From a virus, in the IMG/VR virus record IMGVR_UViG_3300028840_006907, positions 64,001 through 128,000 of that record: a stretch of DNA of 64,000 bases; one strand, 5' to 3'. Each line of letters opens with the position of its first letter. Within the stretch, counting starts at the first letter, position 1. Shown here piece after piece: positions 29,103 through 38,334 of this stretch. Below the pieces are notes generated by a model that saw only the letters and a program-made list of their open reading frames with translations, had not been told where the DNA came from and did not search any database. Both the position numbers and the translations under genes were made by a program.

Positions 29103-29312
29103 CTATTTCAACATTTTAAAATGCTTAAAGGTATCCCAAAAGAAATTTATTGTACATATGATAAAATAGCCAGGTATCAATTTTAATAAGAGTTCTTTTT
29201 TTGTTTTATATTCTCCTAACCATAAATGCCCAAGAACAACAGTCCATTGCATTAATAAAAAATTCGCTATTACAAATAATACCCATACTAATCCTATAGA
29301 CATACTTACCAC
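29103..29312 (-). CDS. small membrane protein
   Basis: 69 aa, hydrophobic. Confidence 0.3.
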   Translation of the reverse strand: MVSMSIGLVWVLFVIANFLLMQWTVVLGHLWLGEYKTKKELLLKLIPGYFIICTINFFWDTFKHFKMLK

Positions 29313-30025
29313 ATTTCCCCAATGGCCTTTTTCTGTTTATTGGTTAATTTATAAACCAGCTTGCAATTAATACATTTCATTCTAGTTATATTCCCAAATA
29401 TATCATAAAGATCATCAGTTACCTTTCCAATCTTGTGACAAGAGTTTTGCTCACCTGCAGAAATGGTCCCATCGATATTAACTGATGGAGTGCACATTTT
29501 ACCCATCATTGCAAGACCCATCATAACTTGTGAAAGAGAGTTCGCCCCTGAATTTCGGCATAAGGATCTAAGGTTAAAACAATTAGGTGCTTTAGAGGTT
29601 ATTGGAAGTTCATTTTTAATGGCTCTTCCAAAGGGTGTTATCACTCTAAGCTGATGCTCATATGTAATATTAGGATGTTGTATAATAGGTACTTCTTTTG
29701 GATAGTACCGAGGATCATTGGTAATTTGAATATTTATTCCAATTTGAATGATTTCTTTTTTTAATGTTTCATCTTCAAGAAAAGTACCATTCGATAAAAG
29801 TGCTGGCATCAAACCTATATTTTTGGCTCTATTAATCATTTCAATAATGTCTGGATGTGAAGTTGGCTCTCCGCCTGTAAGCATTATTATAGGCATTTCA
29901 AGATTTTTTAAATATCGCAATGTCTGGTCATATGTTTTAAGATCCATATGTTCACCTTCCGGACATGCATTCACTGAACAATGAATGCAATTCATATGGC
30001 ATTTTTCAGTGACTCTTACGAGCAT
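29306..30025 (-). CDS. radical SAM protein
   Basis: CHMNCIHC (CxxxCxxC) near N-terminus, Gly-rich LTGGEP. Confidence 0.6.
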   Translation of the reverse strand: MLVRVTEKCHMNCIHCSVNACPEGEHMDLKTYDQTLRYLKNLEMPIIMLTGGEPTSHPDIIEMINRAKNIGLMPALLSNGTFLEDETLKKEIIQIGINIQITNDPRYYPKEVPIIQHPNITYEHQLRVITPFGRAIKNELPITSKAPNCFNLRSLCRNSGANSLSQVMMGLAMMGKMCTPSVNIDGTISAGEQNSCHKIGKVTDDLYDIFGNITRMKCINCKLVYKLTNKQKKAIGEMW

Positions 30026-30183
30026 TTCACTTATCCTTTCAAATATAATACTTACTTCTCCTCTATACTATATATACCAGATTTAAAGGCCAATTATCCC
30101 AAAATAATTTTAAATAATTTTGGGTATACTATATAACTCTATATTTATGAATGTATTATATAAGAAAAAAGTTGAGGGGAGAT

Positions 30184-30873
30184 TTAGTGTTTTCTATGTT
30201 TTCCAGTATTTAGAGATTTCTCATAATTCTTAGTGAGATGGTCATACATCTTTAAAAACCAACGATGCCATCGAGGTTTTTCTAACCAGCAGTCTTTTCC
30301 TACATGCCGAAATCCCATTTTAGAAGGAGGAGCACCTGTTACAAGATCATAGCCATTTTCTACGCGAGTTGTATCTATTGGAAGTTTATTATATTCATCT
30401 CTAAATGTCTTGTTTCCAATACGAGGACAACCATATACTATACAGGATAGGCCATTGATTCCTCTATTTTTGGCAAGGTGGCGTGCACATAAAACAGCCA
30501 GGGCTGCTCCACGAGAATGGCCTGTGGTATATATAGGCTTTTCATCATATGATTTTATGTATTTATCGATCATTTCTTTAAAGACAATCCAGCCATCATA
30601 GAAACCCTGGTGTATGGTCTTCGCCTCTTGGAGGGGGTAGATTTCAAAATCTGAGAGCCATCCTTTAATATTATCGGTACCACGAAAGGTCATGATAATA
30701 CGATTGGGATATTCAGCTATGAAAGCATAGTCAGTATTGTCTATTTTATGTATGAACTTGTCAGGTTCTTGGATATTATATCTATTTTTAGAAAGAGAGA
30801 CTAATTGTCCAGCATTGGTTGGTTCTTGGTATGCAATATTAGCAAAACCCCAGATATCTCTAAGTATCTTCAT
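30184..30873 (-). CDS. lipase class 3-like alpha/beta hydrolase
   Basis: GHSRGAA nucleophile-elbow motif (GHSxG). Confidence 0.5.
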   Translation of the reverse strand: MKILRDIWGFANIAYQEPTNAGQLVSLSKNRYNIQEPDKFIHKIDNTDYAFIAEYPNRIIMTFRGTDNIKGWLSDFEIYPLQEAKTIHQGFYDGWIVFKEMIDKYIKSYDEKPIYTTGHSRGAALAVLCARHLAKNRGINGLSCIVYGCPRIGNKTFRDEYNKLPIDTTRVENGYDLVTGAPPSKMGFRHVGKDCWLEKPRWHRWFLKMYDHLTKNYEKSLNTGKHRKH

Positions 30874-30906
30874 ATCAAAGCCTTATAACTATATTTTTGA
30901 TTATTT

Positions 30907-31197
30907 CTATTTAAGAGTGGATTGATACCCCGATACCTTAACATACTTTTTTGTGAGCGCTTTTCTCAATGATTTTATTTTTGGGATAATCTTTCTAAAT
31001 ATTAAAATTGCTTTCTCTGCATGAATACTAAAATCGGTTATAGCCTTATCCAGCCGAATCTTATTTAATTGGTATTCATCAAGTTTCACATGTTTGAAAC
31101 AATTGGCTATTGATTGGTTAATTTGGTGTAATCTTTTAAGTTCCTTTTCATTAATTTTAAGTATCATTTTTGGAATCGGTTTCATCTTCTTCCTCAC
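30907..31197 (-). CDS. hypothetical protein
   Basis: 96-aa basic ORF. Confidence 0.35.
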   Translation of the reverse strand: MRKKMKPIPKMILKINEKELKRLHQINQSIANCFKHVKLDEYQLNKIRLDKAITDFSIHAEKAILIFRKIIPKIKSLRKALTKKYVKVSGYQSTLK

Positions 31198-31316
31198 GAG
31201 GTTTTCTATTTAAATTACACCTTTCTGAATCTCGCTCTACGTTACATCCTTCAGGAGACATGTACCAAGCGCAATCAGAACAATTACCATAACCTAATTT
31301 TTTATCTGACATAATT

Positions 31317-32270
31317 TTATTCCTTAAAATAAAATTTAGATTTTAAATTATCGTAAGCACTCCAATTACCTTCAATAATACGATTAGTATATATAGTACT
31401 TAGATTGTATTCAGAGTCGATTATATCAGCTTTAGATAAAAGTATAGCTTCAGGAGTCATCGGGACTACTGCAGCCCCTAAATCCAGAGAACCGTGATGA
31501 CTTAATATTAAATGACCTAATATTTTTTTCATTCGGTTTCTTTCTTCCGGAGGAGCTTCTAATGCGTTTATGATTGGTATAATATTAGTATAACTTAAAT
31601 TGAGATGACTATGCAATCGTCCTATATCAGTCATTTCAATAGTCAAGTCATATGTATAGGAAAACATTTTTCCGTGATCATGAAGAAAAGCTCCCATGCA
31701 AATGATAGAAGGATCTATTGGATAAATATAACAGAAAGAGGAACAGATCTTCGTTACACATAAAGTATGCTCTAATAGACCGTGTAGATAAGCGTGATGG
31801 ACGTTACCCTTTCCTCCAGGGCACATTTTAAATTTATGCACAAATGTTTCATTATTTTTAAATTTATCCCAGAGATCTCTCATATATTTATTTTTAACTT
31901 TATCATCCATTATTTGAACTAGTTCAACCCACATTTCATCGGGATCATGTGGTGAAGTAGGAAGGAAATCTACAGGATTATAAGGATTTGTTTCTTCAAT
32001 TGAAGATACAATGATTTGATTCTGACCTTGATATACATTAACTTTCCCTTGAATACGACAAACTTTAGCATTTTTAACTATTTCGTAATAAGTATCTGCA
32101 TGATTGAAAGCGGTTGCTGCTATCTGTCCTTTTTTATCTCTCAACTCAAAAGTTAGAAAATTACCTTTTGAAGCGTTTTTGAATGGTCTTAGTGAAGCGT
32201 CTGCTATAACGAAGATTCCATCTATATCTGTTCCACTACTCAATGTTAATATATCTGCTGTGTTTACCAT
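31317..32270 (-). CDS. OB-fold plus HD-domain nuclease (YhaM-like)
   Basis: HHAYLHGLLEHT and FLHDHGK HD-domain motifs after an OB-fold-like N-terminus. Confidence 0.55.
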   Translation of the reverse strand: MVNTADILTLSSGTDIDGIFVIADASLRPFKNASKGNFLTFELRDKKGQIAATAFNHADTYYEIVKNAKVCRIQGKVNVYQGQNQIIVSSIEETNPYNPVDFLPTSPHDPDEMWVELVQIMDDKVKNKYMRDLWDKFKNNETFVHKFKMCPGGKGNVHHAYLHGLLEHTLCVTKICSSFCYIYPIDPSIICMGAFLHDHGKMFSYTYDLTIEMTDIGRLHSHLNLSYTNIIPIINALEAPPEERNRMKKILGHLILSHHGSLDLGAAVVPMTPEAILLSKADIIDSEYNLSTIYTNRIIEGNWSAYDNLKSKFYFKE

Positions 32271-32474
32271 TATTCTCCTCCTATATCTATGTCTATTTCA
32301 CCAATACCATCACCGACTTCTTCAATACCATCACAAATGATATCACAAAATGGTATATGCTTTCGGAAGATATAGCAGAAAATTATAATGAGAATTATTA
32401 TTGCAACAACAATTAAAACCCAACCCCACCAAGGCATAGGTCACTCCTTTATTATGTGTTATCTATTATTTTAT

Positions 32475-32885
32475 TTATACAAATTCAGTCATTGCTGTTA
32501 TATCAAATTTTAACTGAATCGGTATTGGTGCACCAAAATCCCATATAGAGAATTCTTTACAGTCAGTGCATCTATAAATTACTTCATTATCAGATTCTGT
32601 TATGAAACTTCCAGAAGTAATCAGCTCATTTCCGCAATTACATTTTAAAAAAGTGCATGGTTCATATGTAAATCTAACATCATACCAATCCAAACATTTC
32701 TGTGAAACTGAATTGAATGTTTCCATTCCTATTTGATTTTTTAAGCATCTTTGTAGGATATAAGCAGTTGAAAGGATTTTTAATTTTCCTTCAAGCTTTT
32801 TCCACCAAATGAATCTTCTCACAATTCTGGTTTTATTATAGACTTTCTTATGTATGCCTGGGTATGGATGAATATTGATCGCCAT
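32475..32885 (-). CDS. hypothetical Cys-containing protein
   Basis: 136-aa ORF. Confidence 0.4.
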   Translation of the reverse strand: MAINIHPYPGIHKKVYNKTRIVRRFIWWKKLEGKLKILSTAYILQRCLKNQIGMETFNSVSQKCLDWYDVRFTYEPCTFLKCNCGNELITSGSFITESDNEVIYRCTDCKEFSIWDFGAPIPIQLKFDITAMTEFV

Positions 32886-33242
32886 CTTGAATTACTCCAT
32901 AATATAAAAAGAACCTCATACTCTCAGTGCCTTTCAAGTCAAATTCCATTGCCAAATCCATGCATTAATCTGATATAGAATATATTTGTACTTGAGGTGA
33001 CATAATCGCCTGTCCCGCCTAGGCCAATCGTCTCTCGTTGGGCAAAGGATCGAACATATTAGTTGTCCCTATACCCTTGTGAGCCCGATTTTCAAGAGCA
33101 GAAATCTTTCTGGTATCGTCAAGAAAGATCCGCGACTGCACTTCGATAACATTTCTTTATCTTTTATTTTCGAGATACCACCGGAAATATCTTCATCAAT
33201 ACTTTGTAACCTCCTTTTGAGAGGGTATGAGGCCCTATTAAT

Positions 33243-33881
33243 TTAAAAAATACTTTTATATAATGTATTGTCACTATTTCCAATTTTATATGAAACTAGC
33301 GCTCCGAATTCTACAAATCGTTGCATTAATAAATATGCTTTGGCTCCAAATTTTTTAGAATAATCTTCAATCAATTCTGCCAGCTCTTCACGAGAAAATA
33401 AATGCGTGGTTATATCTTCACTTGCTTCGCTTAGATCTGAACTTATTTCTCCTTTAACAGAGCATAAAATCATAAATACCGATTCGTTCGTTAATCCTGT
33501 TGAACTATATATCGGAGGAGATACATGAAATATTTGATCGATATCTAATCCAGTTTCCTCCTTCATTTCTCTACGAGCCGCGATTTCGGGTGTCTCTCCT
33601 TTATCTATGAGCCCAGCAGGAAGGCCCCACTCGTAGTCTTCCAATGGTACTCTGTACTCTTTTGTTATCACCATTTTTCCATTATATAAAGCAGCGATAA
33701 CTACAGCTTTTTGATTATTAATTCTACGTACCCAATCCCATTTTTTATGTTCACCTCTTGTATCAATATATGGTGATGTAACCATTTGGATAAAAGGTGT
33801 TTTAAAATTAATTTCGATTAGATCCTTTAATATCCTCATTTTTCCATTAATCCTTAGAAATAAATGTTTCTGGTAACTCAT
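33243..33881 (-). CDS. Nudix hydrolase
   Basis: Nudix box GLIDKGETPEIAARREMKEETG. Confidence 0.7.
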   Translation of the reverse strand: MSYQKHLFLRINGKMRILKDLIEINFKTPFIQMVTSPYIDTRGEHKKWDWVRRINNQKAVVIAALYNGKMVITKEYRVPLEDYEWGLPAGLIDKGETPEIAARREMKEETGLDIDQIFHVSPPIYSSTGLTNESVFMILCSVKGEISSDLSEASEDITTHLFSREELAELIEDYSKKFGAKAYLLMQRFVEFGALVSYKIGNSDNTLYKSIF

Positions 33882-34335
33882 GTTCTGATATTATCATGGT
33901 TCTTGTATTTGTTACTCGTAATGTATGCCATTTATATTCAAGATCATCCCAGAGTCCCTTAAATGTAAAAAGGTATTTTTCTTTTTTATCATACACATTG
34001 TATTCAAGACCGAGCATTCTAGTTTCTACCCACCGTTCAAGAAAAGAATCTCCGTAAGTGTTGCTGTCTTTAATATCATATTCTATAAGAGCTGTGTTAG
34101 GATCATTGAATCTTCCACTTATAACCAATCTTCTTTTTTCTATATCAACACATACATATTTAGATAAATCACGGCAGACACTTTTCAGTTTATTTTTATC
34201 AATCTTTTTTGAAGATTGATCTAAAACAGCTATACAAGAACATACAGGGACATCGGTTTTTTTCATTGTCTCAGCACCTGGAGACACTAAATGTCTTGTG
34301 GAGCTTAAATAAACAGTGAATTGTTTTAAACCCAT
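33847..34335 (-). CDS. hypothetical protein
   Basis: 162-aa ORF. Confidence 0.45.
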   Translation of the reverse strand: MGLKQFTVYLSSTRHLVSPGAETMKKTDVPVCSCIAVLDQSSKKIDKNKLKSVCRDLSKYVCVDIEKRRLVISGRFNDPNTALIEYDIKDSNTYGDSFLERWVETRMLGLEYNVYDKKEKYLFTFKGLWDDLEYKWHTLRVTNTRTMIISEHELPETFISKD

Positions 34336-34425
34336 AATAACCTCGAATCGTTGAAGTTAAATGCTCCTATATATTATACAAGATTGGGATAAGTAATATT
34401 CACTTTTTTTAAAAAAAATTTAGGA

Positions 34426-34502
34426 TGGTACCCCAATCAGGACTCTAACCTGAAATCTTTGGCTCCGGAAACCAACGCTTTATACAATTAAGCTATTGGG
34501 GC
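34426..34502 (-). tRNA. tRNA-Arg (anticodon CCG), CCA encoded
   Basis: Hand-folded cloverleaf: GCCCCAA/TTGGGGT acceptor, loop TTCCGGA, atypical T-loop. Confidence 0.5.
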
Positions 34503-34511
34503 ATTATAAGA

Positions 34512-34586
34512 TGGCGGTGCGTAAGGGAATCGAACCCTTGCCAGGAGATCGACAGTCTCCGGTCCTAACCACTGAACGAACGCACC
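34512..34586 (-). tRNA. tRNA-Asp (anticodon GTC), CCA encoded
   Basis: GGTGCGT/ACGCACC acceptor, loop CTGTCGA, T-arm GGTTCGATTCC. Confidence 0.7.
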
Positions 34587-34595
34587 GTATTTTTA

Positions 34596-34760
34596 TTAAT
34601 CAATTTTTTTATTTCCGATAAAAAGACCGCAGTCGCATTGCCGAGCCATTTTCGTTTTATTCTTTATTACAATGCCTATTGCTTTAATAGGCTTTTTACA
34701 AGTGTTGCAAATATTTTGCTGTGTCTTTTTGTCATGCTGTTTCACTGCTGTTTTAGCCAT
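34596..34760 (-). CDS. micro zinc-ribbon protein (54 aa)
   Basis: Hand-translated MAKTAVKQHDKK...CNTCKK...CDCG; AAGGAG RBS. Confidence 0.35.
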   Translation of the reverse strand: MAKTAVKQHDKKTQQNICNTCKKPIKAIGIVIKNKTKMARQCDCGLFIGNKKID

Positions 34761-34782
34761 TACTTGTACTCCTTAAATGTTA

Positions 34783-34856
34783 TGGCAGGGACGGTCAGAT
34801 TCGAACTGACATCGCCGGTTTTGGAGACCGGGTGCTTGACCGTTAGCGACGCCCCT
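34783..34856 (-). tRNA. tRNA-Trp (anticodon CCA), CCA encoded
   Basis: Loop CTCCAAA, T-arm GTCAG TTCGAAT CTGAC. Confidence 0.65.
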
Positions 34857-34871
34857 GTATTGACAAATTTT

Positions 34872-35045
34872 TCATGATTTGAACCATTCACTACAACCTT
34901 CGGCTAGTTCTAATAAATGAACACAAGGTTTTGTTTCTTTTGCCAGAACACAGCCACACACTGTACAAATTACCACAGCAGGTTTCAAATCATGTTTCTC
35001 AATTTCAGCGAATGCTTTCACTATATCATTCACTATATCATTCAT
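34872..35045 (-). CDS. micro Cys-rich protein (57 aa)
   Basis: Hand-translated MNDIVNDIVKAF...CTVCGC... Confidence 0.3.
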   Translation of the reverse strand: MNDIVNDIVKAFAEIEKHDLKPAVVICTVCGCVLAKETKPCVHLLELAEGCSEWFKS

Positions 35046-35062
35046 TTTTTCTCCGAATTATC

Positions 35063-35135
35063 TGGGCGCAGACGGACTTGAACCGCCCACGAATGGCTTA
35101 TGAGACCACTACTCTACCGACTGAGTTATACGCCC
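35063..35135 (-). tRNA. tRNA-Met (anticodon CAT)
   Basis: GGGCGTA acceptor, loop CTCATAA, T-loop TTCAAGT; no CCA. Confidence 0.65.
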
Positions 35136-35143
35136 TTGACTTA

Positions 35144-35221
35144 TGGCACACCCGGCACGATTTGAACGTGCGACTTCTTCGTTCGTGGCGAAGATCTCTA
35201 TCCGGACTGAGTTACGGGTGC
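35144..35221 (-). tRNA. tRNA-Arg (anticodon ACG), CCA encoded
   Basis: Loop CCACGAA, T-arm CACG TTCAAAT CGTG. Confidence 0.6.
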
Positions 35222-35227
35222 GTATTT

Positions 35228-35728
35228 TTATAAAAAAGTTTTATACGTTTTTTTATTAATGATATATGATAATGTTGATTTTGCTGATTTATATTCCTTT
35301 GCTAATTTATTTAAACTTTCTCCATTTTTATTTCTGTTAATTATAGATTCTATCTCTTTTTTTGTGAATTTTCTTAATTTATACGCAGCTTTAACTGCTT
35401 GCTCTTTTCTTTCTTTTTCAGGTATATCAAATGAATTCTCTGATCTTGTACCAATTGATATATTAGAATCATTGAAATTTAATCTATTTCTATCTAAGTG
35501 TCTAGTCTCAATCCCTTCTTCAAAAACTTTATCCCCAAATAAAAAGTATGCTTTTAATTTATGTACTTTTAAATTTTTAATCTTTTTGTTTACATAGATA
35601 TTTATGGTAGGGTAACCTTTTGAATAATGGAATCTTAAAGGTTTTCCCATTGGCCCAATAACTTCATTTTTATCATTAAAATGATATCCTTTTTTTACAG
35701 CTATTTTTAAGACATCATTATTTTTCAT
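35228..35728 (-). CDS. HNH-family homing endonuclease
   Basis: Phage HNH-like GYHFNDKNEVIGPMGKPLRFH block and C-terminal helix-turn-helix; sits inside the tRNA cluster. Confidence 0.5.
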   Translation of the reverse strand: MKNNDVLKIAVKKGYHFNDKNEVIGPMGKPLRFHYSKGYPTINIYVNKKIKNLKVHKLKAYFLFGDKVFEEGIETRHLDRNRLNFNDSNISIGTRSENSFDIPEKERKEQAVKAAYKLRKFTKKEIESIINRNKNGESLNKLAKEYKSAKSTLSYIINKKTYKTFL

Positions 35729-35748
35729 ATATTAATTTTTCTTTCTAA

Positions 35749-35821
35749 TAGGGGTACGGGGAGTCGAACCCCGGTCGTGGGAGAGAAAATCCCATATCCT
35801 AAGCCATTAGAAGATACCCCC
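35749..35821 (-). tRNA. tRNA, anticodon probably TTC (Glu), atypical position 37
   Basis: GGGGGTA acceptor, T-arm CGGGG TTCGACT CCCCG, loop TTTTCTC. Confidence 0.5.
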
Positions 35822-35866
35822 ATAAAATAAAAAAGCTCCTGTCTGGTTCTCACCCGACAGGAGCTT
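35822..35866 (-). terminator. rho-independent terminator-like hairpin
   Basis: 10-bp stem AGCTCCTGTC/GACAGGAGCT followed on the minus strand by TTTTTTATTTT. Confidence 0.55.
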
Positions 35867-36023
35867 GTATTTGCTTTATTGTTAGACAATATTATACCCT
35901 ATCAGGTGATATGTACCTCCCGATCTCGTTCGCGCCATTCTATAGCGATTGATATAATATTGTTTGTTGTTTTCATAATAATTTAAATATACCCCAAAAG
36001 GAAAGATATGTCAACTTTAAATT

Positions 36024-36653
36024 TTATTTTTTCTTGAGTCGCTTATGAAAAGTATAAGCTTGAGCTGTTTGAAGTAAAAGAGTTAACCAGTTTTCTTCAA
36101 ATTCTGTTATTAGATAAGGGAATTTTTTGACATCTTTATCTAATTTTGCCCACTTCCAATTAATTGGATCATCGTTACTACTAACCCATATATCTCCATT
36201 GTGCTGATTAATATAAGCTACCCAAAGTTCATTTCTTTCATTAGTATAAGAGTGAAAACAGAATCCTGTTATAAACGGCCCATCGGGAAGTTTGAATGGA
36301 TCTTGGTATTCTTCGAAAAATTGTTTTGATGTTTTTAATCCTGTTTTAATACATCCTGGAATAATTATTTTTTCTATGACATTTTTTTCTGACATTTCTT
36401 CGTTCAATTTTAAAGTAAATTTTGTACTACCTGAGTGCCTTTTCTTCATTTCTTCTTCTGATAATTGTTTAACAATACCGTAATCTTTAAAAGAGGATAG
36501 GTTGAAGGAAGCCCCAATATTCTTTTTACTTTTATTATTAAAAGTAGCTTTTTTTGTCAATCCAGTAATATCTGATATTACATACCCTATGTAAGTTAAA
36601 TTTTCTTTACGCCTAATTTCTAAACCATTTTCTAATAGCTGTGTGTCTTTCAA
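36024..36653 (-). CDS. hypothetical protein
   Basis: 209-aa ORF. Confidence 0.5.
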   Translation of the reverse strand: MKDTQLLENGLEIRRKENLTYIGYVISDITGLTKKATFNNKSKKNIGASFNLSSFKDYGIVKQLSEEEMKKRHSGSTKFTLKLNEEMSEKNVIEKIIIPGCIKTGLKTSKQFFEEYQDPFKLPDGPFITGFCFHSYTNERNELWVAYINQHNGDIWVSSNDDPINWKWAKLDKDVKKFPYLITEFEENWLTLLLQTAQAYTFHKRLKKK

Positions 36654-36908
36654 AACATCTCCTTTGATTTATTATATGGATTTAAGATTTCTATATAATT
36701 AGAAATATATGAAAAATATAAGGAAAAATCAAGAAAAATTTAAGATATCGTGAAAAAGTCGTGAGAACTATTTAAGTATAAAAATCGGAAGTACATAGAT
36801 AGGGATGAATTATATTATTAATCGACACTTTTTTAAAATGATGAAGCCCTTTTGAGGGTAGTCGCACGGGATATCTGTGATTATGAAAATTATCATAGGT
36901 ATCCCATT

Positions 36909-37106
36909 TTATTGTATTATATGTAGCTGATTATCTATTTCCCAATTATCCTCATCTTTAATAATATCTTCTGGCCATCTGGCTGCAGGAGAAAATTCAT
37001 TATTTTGCCAAATTATAAATTTTTTCATAGCTTCTGATTTGTCTTTTGCTAATACAAGATATTGGTGGCATCCACATCCTTCAGCAAGGAATGTATAATA
37101 GTTCAC
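36909..37106 (-). CDS. hypothetical small protein
   Basis: 65-aa ORF. Confidence 0.35.
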   Translation of the reverse strand: MNYYTFLAEGCGCHQYLVLAKDKSEAMKKFIIWQNNEFSPAARWPEDIIKDEDNWEIDNQLHIIQ

Positions 37107-37193
37107 TTAAAAGAGCCTTTTTAATATGTAGGAATTTAAATTGGAGGATCCGCATTATGACGCAGATCCTCCAACAATGAAAGGAACTTAATA

Positions 37194-38192
37194 TTATTTA
37201 GATTTATTACTACCGGCGGCAATTTTCGAAACTTCTGAAATAGTCGCAGCGTCACCTTGTGCTTTCAGAGCTGCCTGTGCCATTGTAGCAACTTTTTCGT
37301 TGGCACTTAATACAGCTTCATTTGCTCTATTAATTTGTTTTTCCAGATCCACCACTTTAGCTTCAAGATTGGCAATAGTAGATTGAGCAATTTTAGCCTC
37401 AGCATCGGTATGGGATTTAACCATATTAGCCTGGAATTGCGCCGATTTCTTAGCTTTTTCCTCACCATTAGTAAAAGCTTCATCAATTTTATCTTGAATA
37501 CTCTTTTCAAGATTTTCAATCTTTCTAGAAAGTTCATCAATTTTACTATCTTTTTCATTGGCTATTTTTTCACGTTCACCGACTTCTTTTTCACGTTGAT
37601 CAAGGGATTTTGATTTCAACTCTAATTCATCAGCGACCTTATCAGCATCTTTACGACGGTTGCGTGTAGTATCATAGTTATATTGTTCTTCTTCACGAGC
37701 ACGTTCAATATCTTGTTTTTCTGTAATTTTTTCTGCTTCCTCATTGGTTTTCTTAATGGTGTCACGATAATATTCATCGGCTTCTTTCTTTTTCTCTTCA
37801 GCGTCAGCAATAATTTTCTTGGCCTCTTCATCTTTGTCAGCAATTAATTTTTCTTTAACCGCAGCCAGAGCAGCCAGGTCATTAGCACTAACTTCAATAC
37901 CATGAACTTCTTTTAATTCTGCTTTTTTAGCACCAATTGCAGTAACAAGATCATCGTATTCTTTTTTTAAGCCAACAACACCTTCGACAAGTTTTGTAAG
38001 AACAGTTTCAATAGTACTCGTGTCAATTCCAGAAGCATTTTTAACCGCACTTGATACAGCATCTTTGTTTGCTCTTTCAGTAGTACTGACAGGTTCATTT
38101 GCTTTTAATTTAGTTAATTCAGCTTTAGTTTCTTTATATGCATCCCATATTTCTTTTTTTGTGGAACCCATATATTTAATCTCTTCTGCCAT
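37194..38192 (-). CDS. Ala/Lys/Glu-rich coiled-coil protein (scaffold-like?)
   Basis: 332 aa of heptad-like charged sequence. Confidence 0.5.
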   Translation of the reverse strand: MAEEIKYMGSTKKEIWDAYKETKAELTKLKANEPVSTTERANKDAVSSAVKNASGIDTSTIETVLTKLVEGVVGLKKEYDDLVTAIGAKKAELKEVHGIEVSANDLAALAAVKEKLIADKDEEAKKIIADAEEKKKEADEYYRDTIKKTNEEAEKITEKQDIERAREEEQYNYDTTRNRRKDADKVADELELKSKSLDQREKEVGEREKIANEKDSKIDELSRKIENLEKSIQDKIDEAFTNGEEKAKKSAQFQANMVKSHTDAEAKIAQSTIANLEAKVVDLEKQINRANEAVLSANEKVATMAQAALKAQGDAATISEVSKIAAGSNKSK

Positions 38193-38334
38193 TTGAAATT
38201 CCTTTCTTTCAAAAGATTATTAATAAAAAGTTTGTACTACCCAACTATTTTTTGGTTGAGTAGTCCGTTAAATAATATTTAATTGTGAATATTTTTACTA
38301 GAGGAATTGGATGCTCCTTTACGGAGCACCTTTA

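Noticed and set aside
31317-32270. OB-fold/HD protein as the missing Cas3 HD nuclease
   Set aside because: It is 10 kb from the cas operon, separated by unrelated genes, and its motifs look like YhaM-type exoribonucleases.
34638-35233. Plus-strand ORFs 34638-34877 and 34931-35233
   Set aside because: They run antisense across minus-strand tRNA genes (Trp, Met, Arg) and overlap better-supported minus-strand micro-ORFs with RBS.
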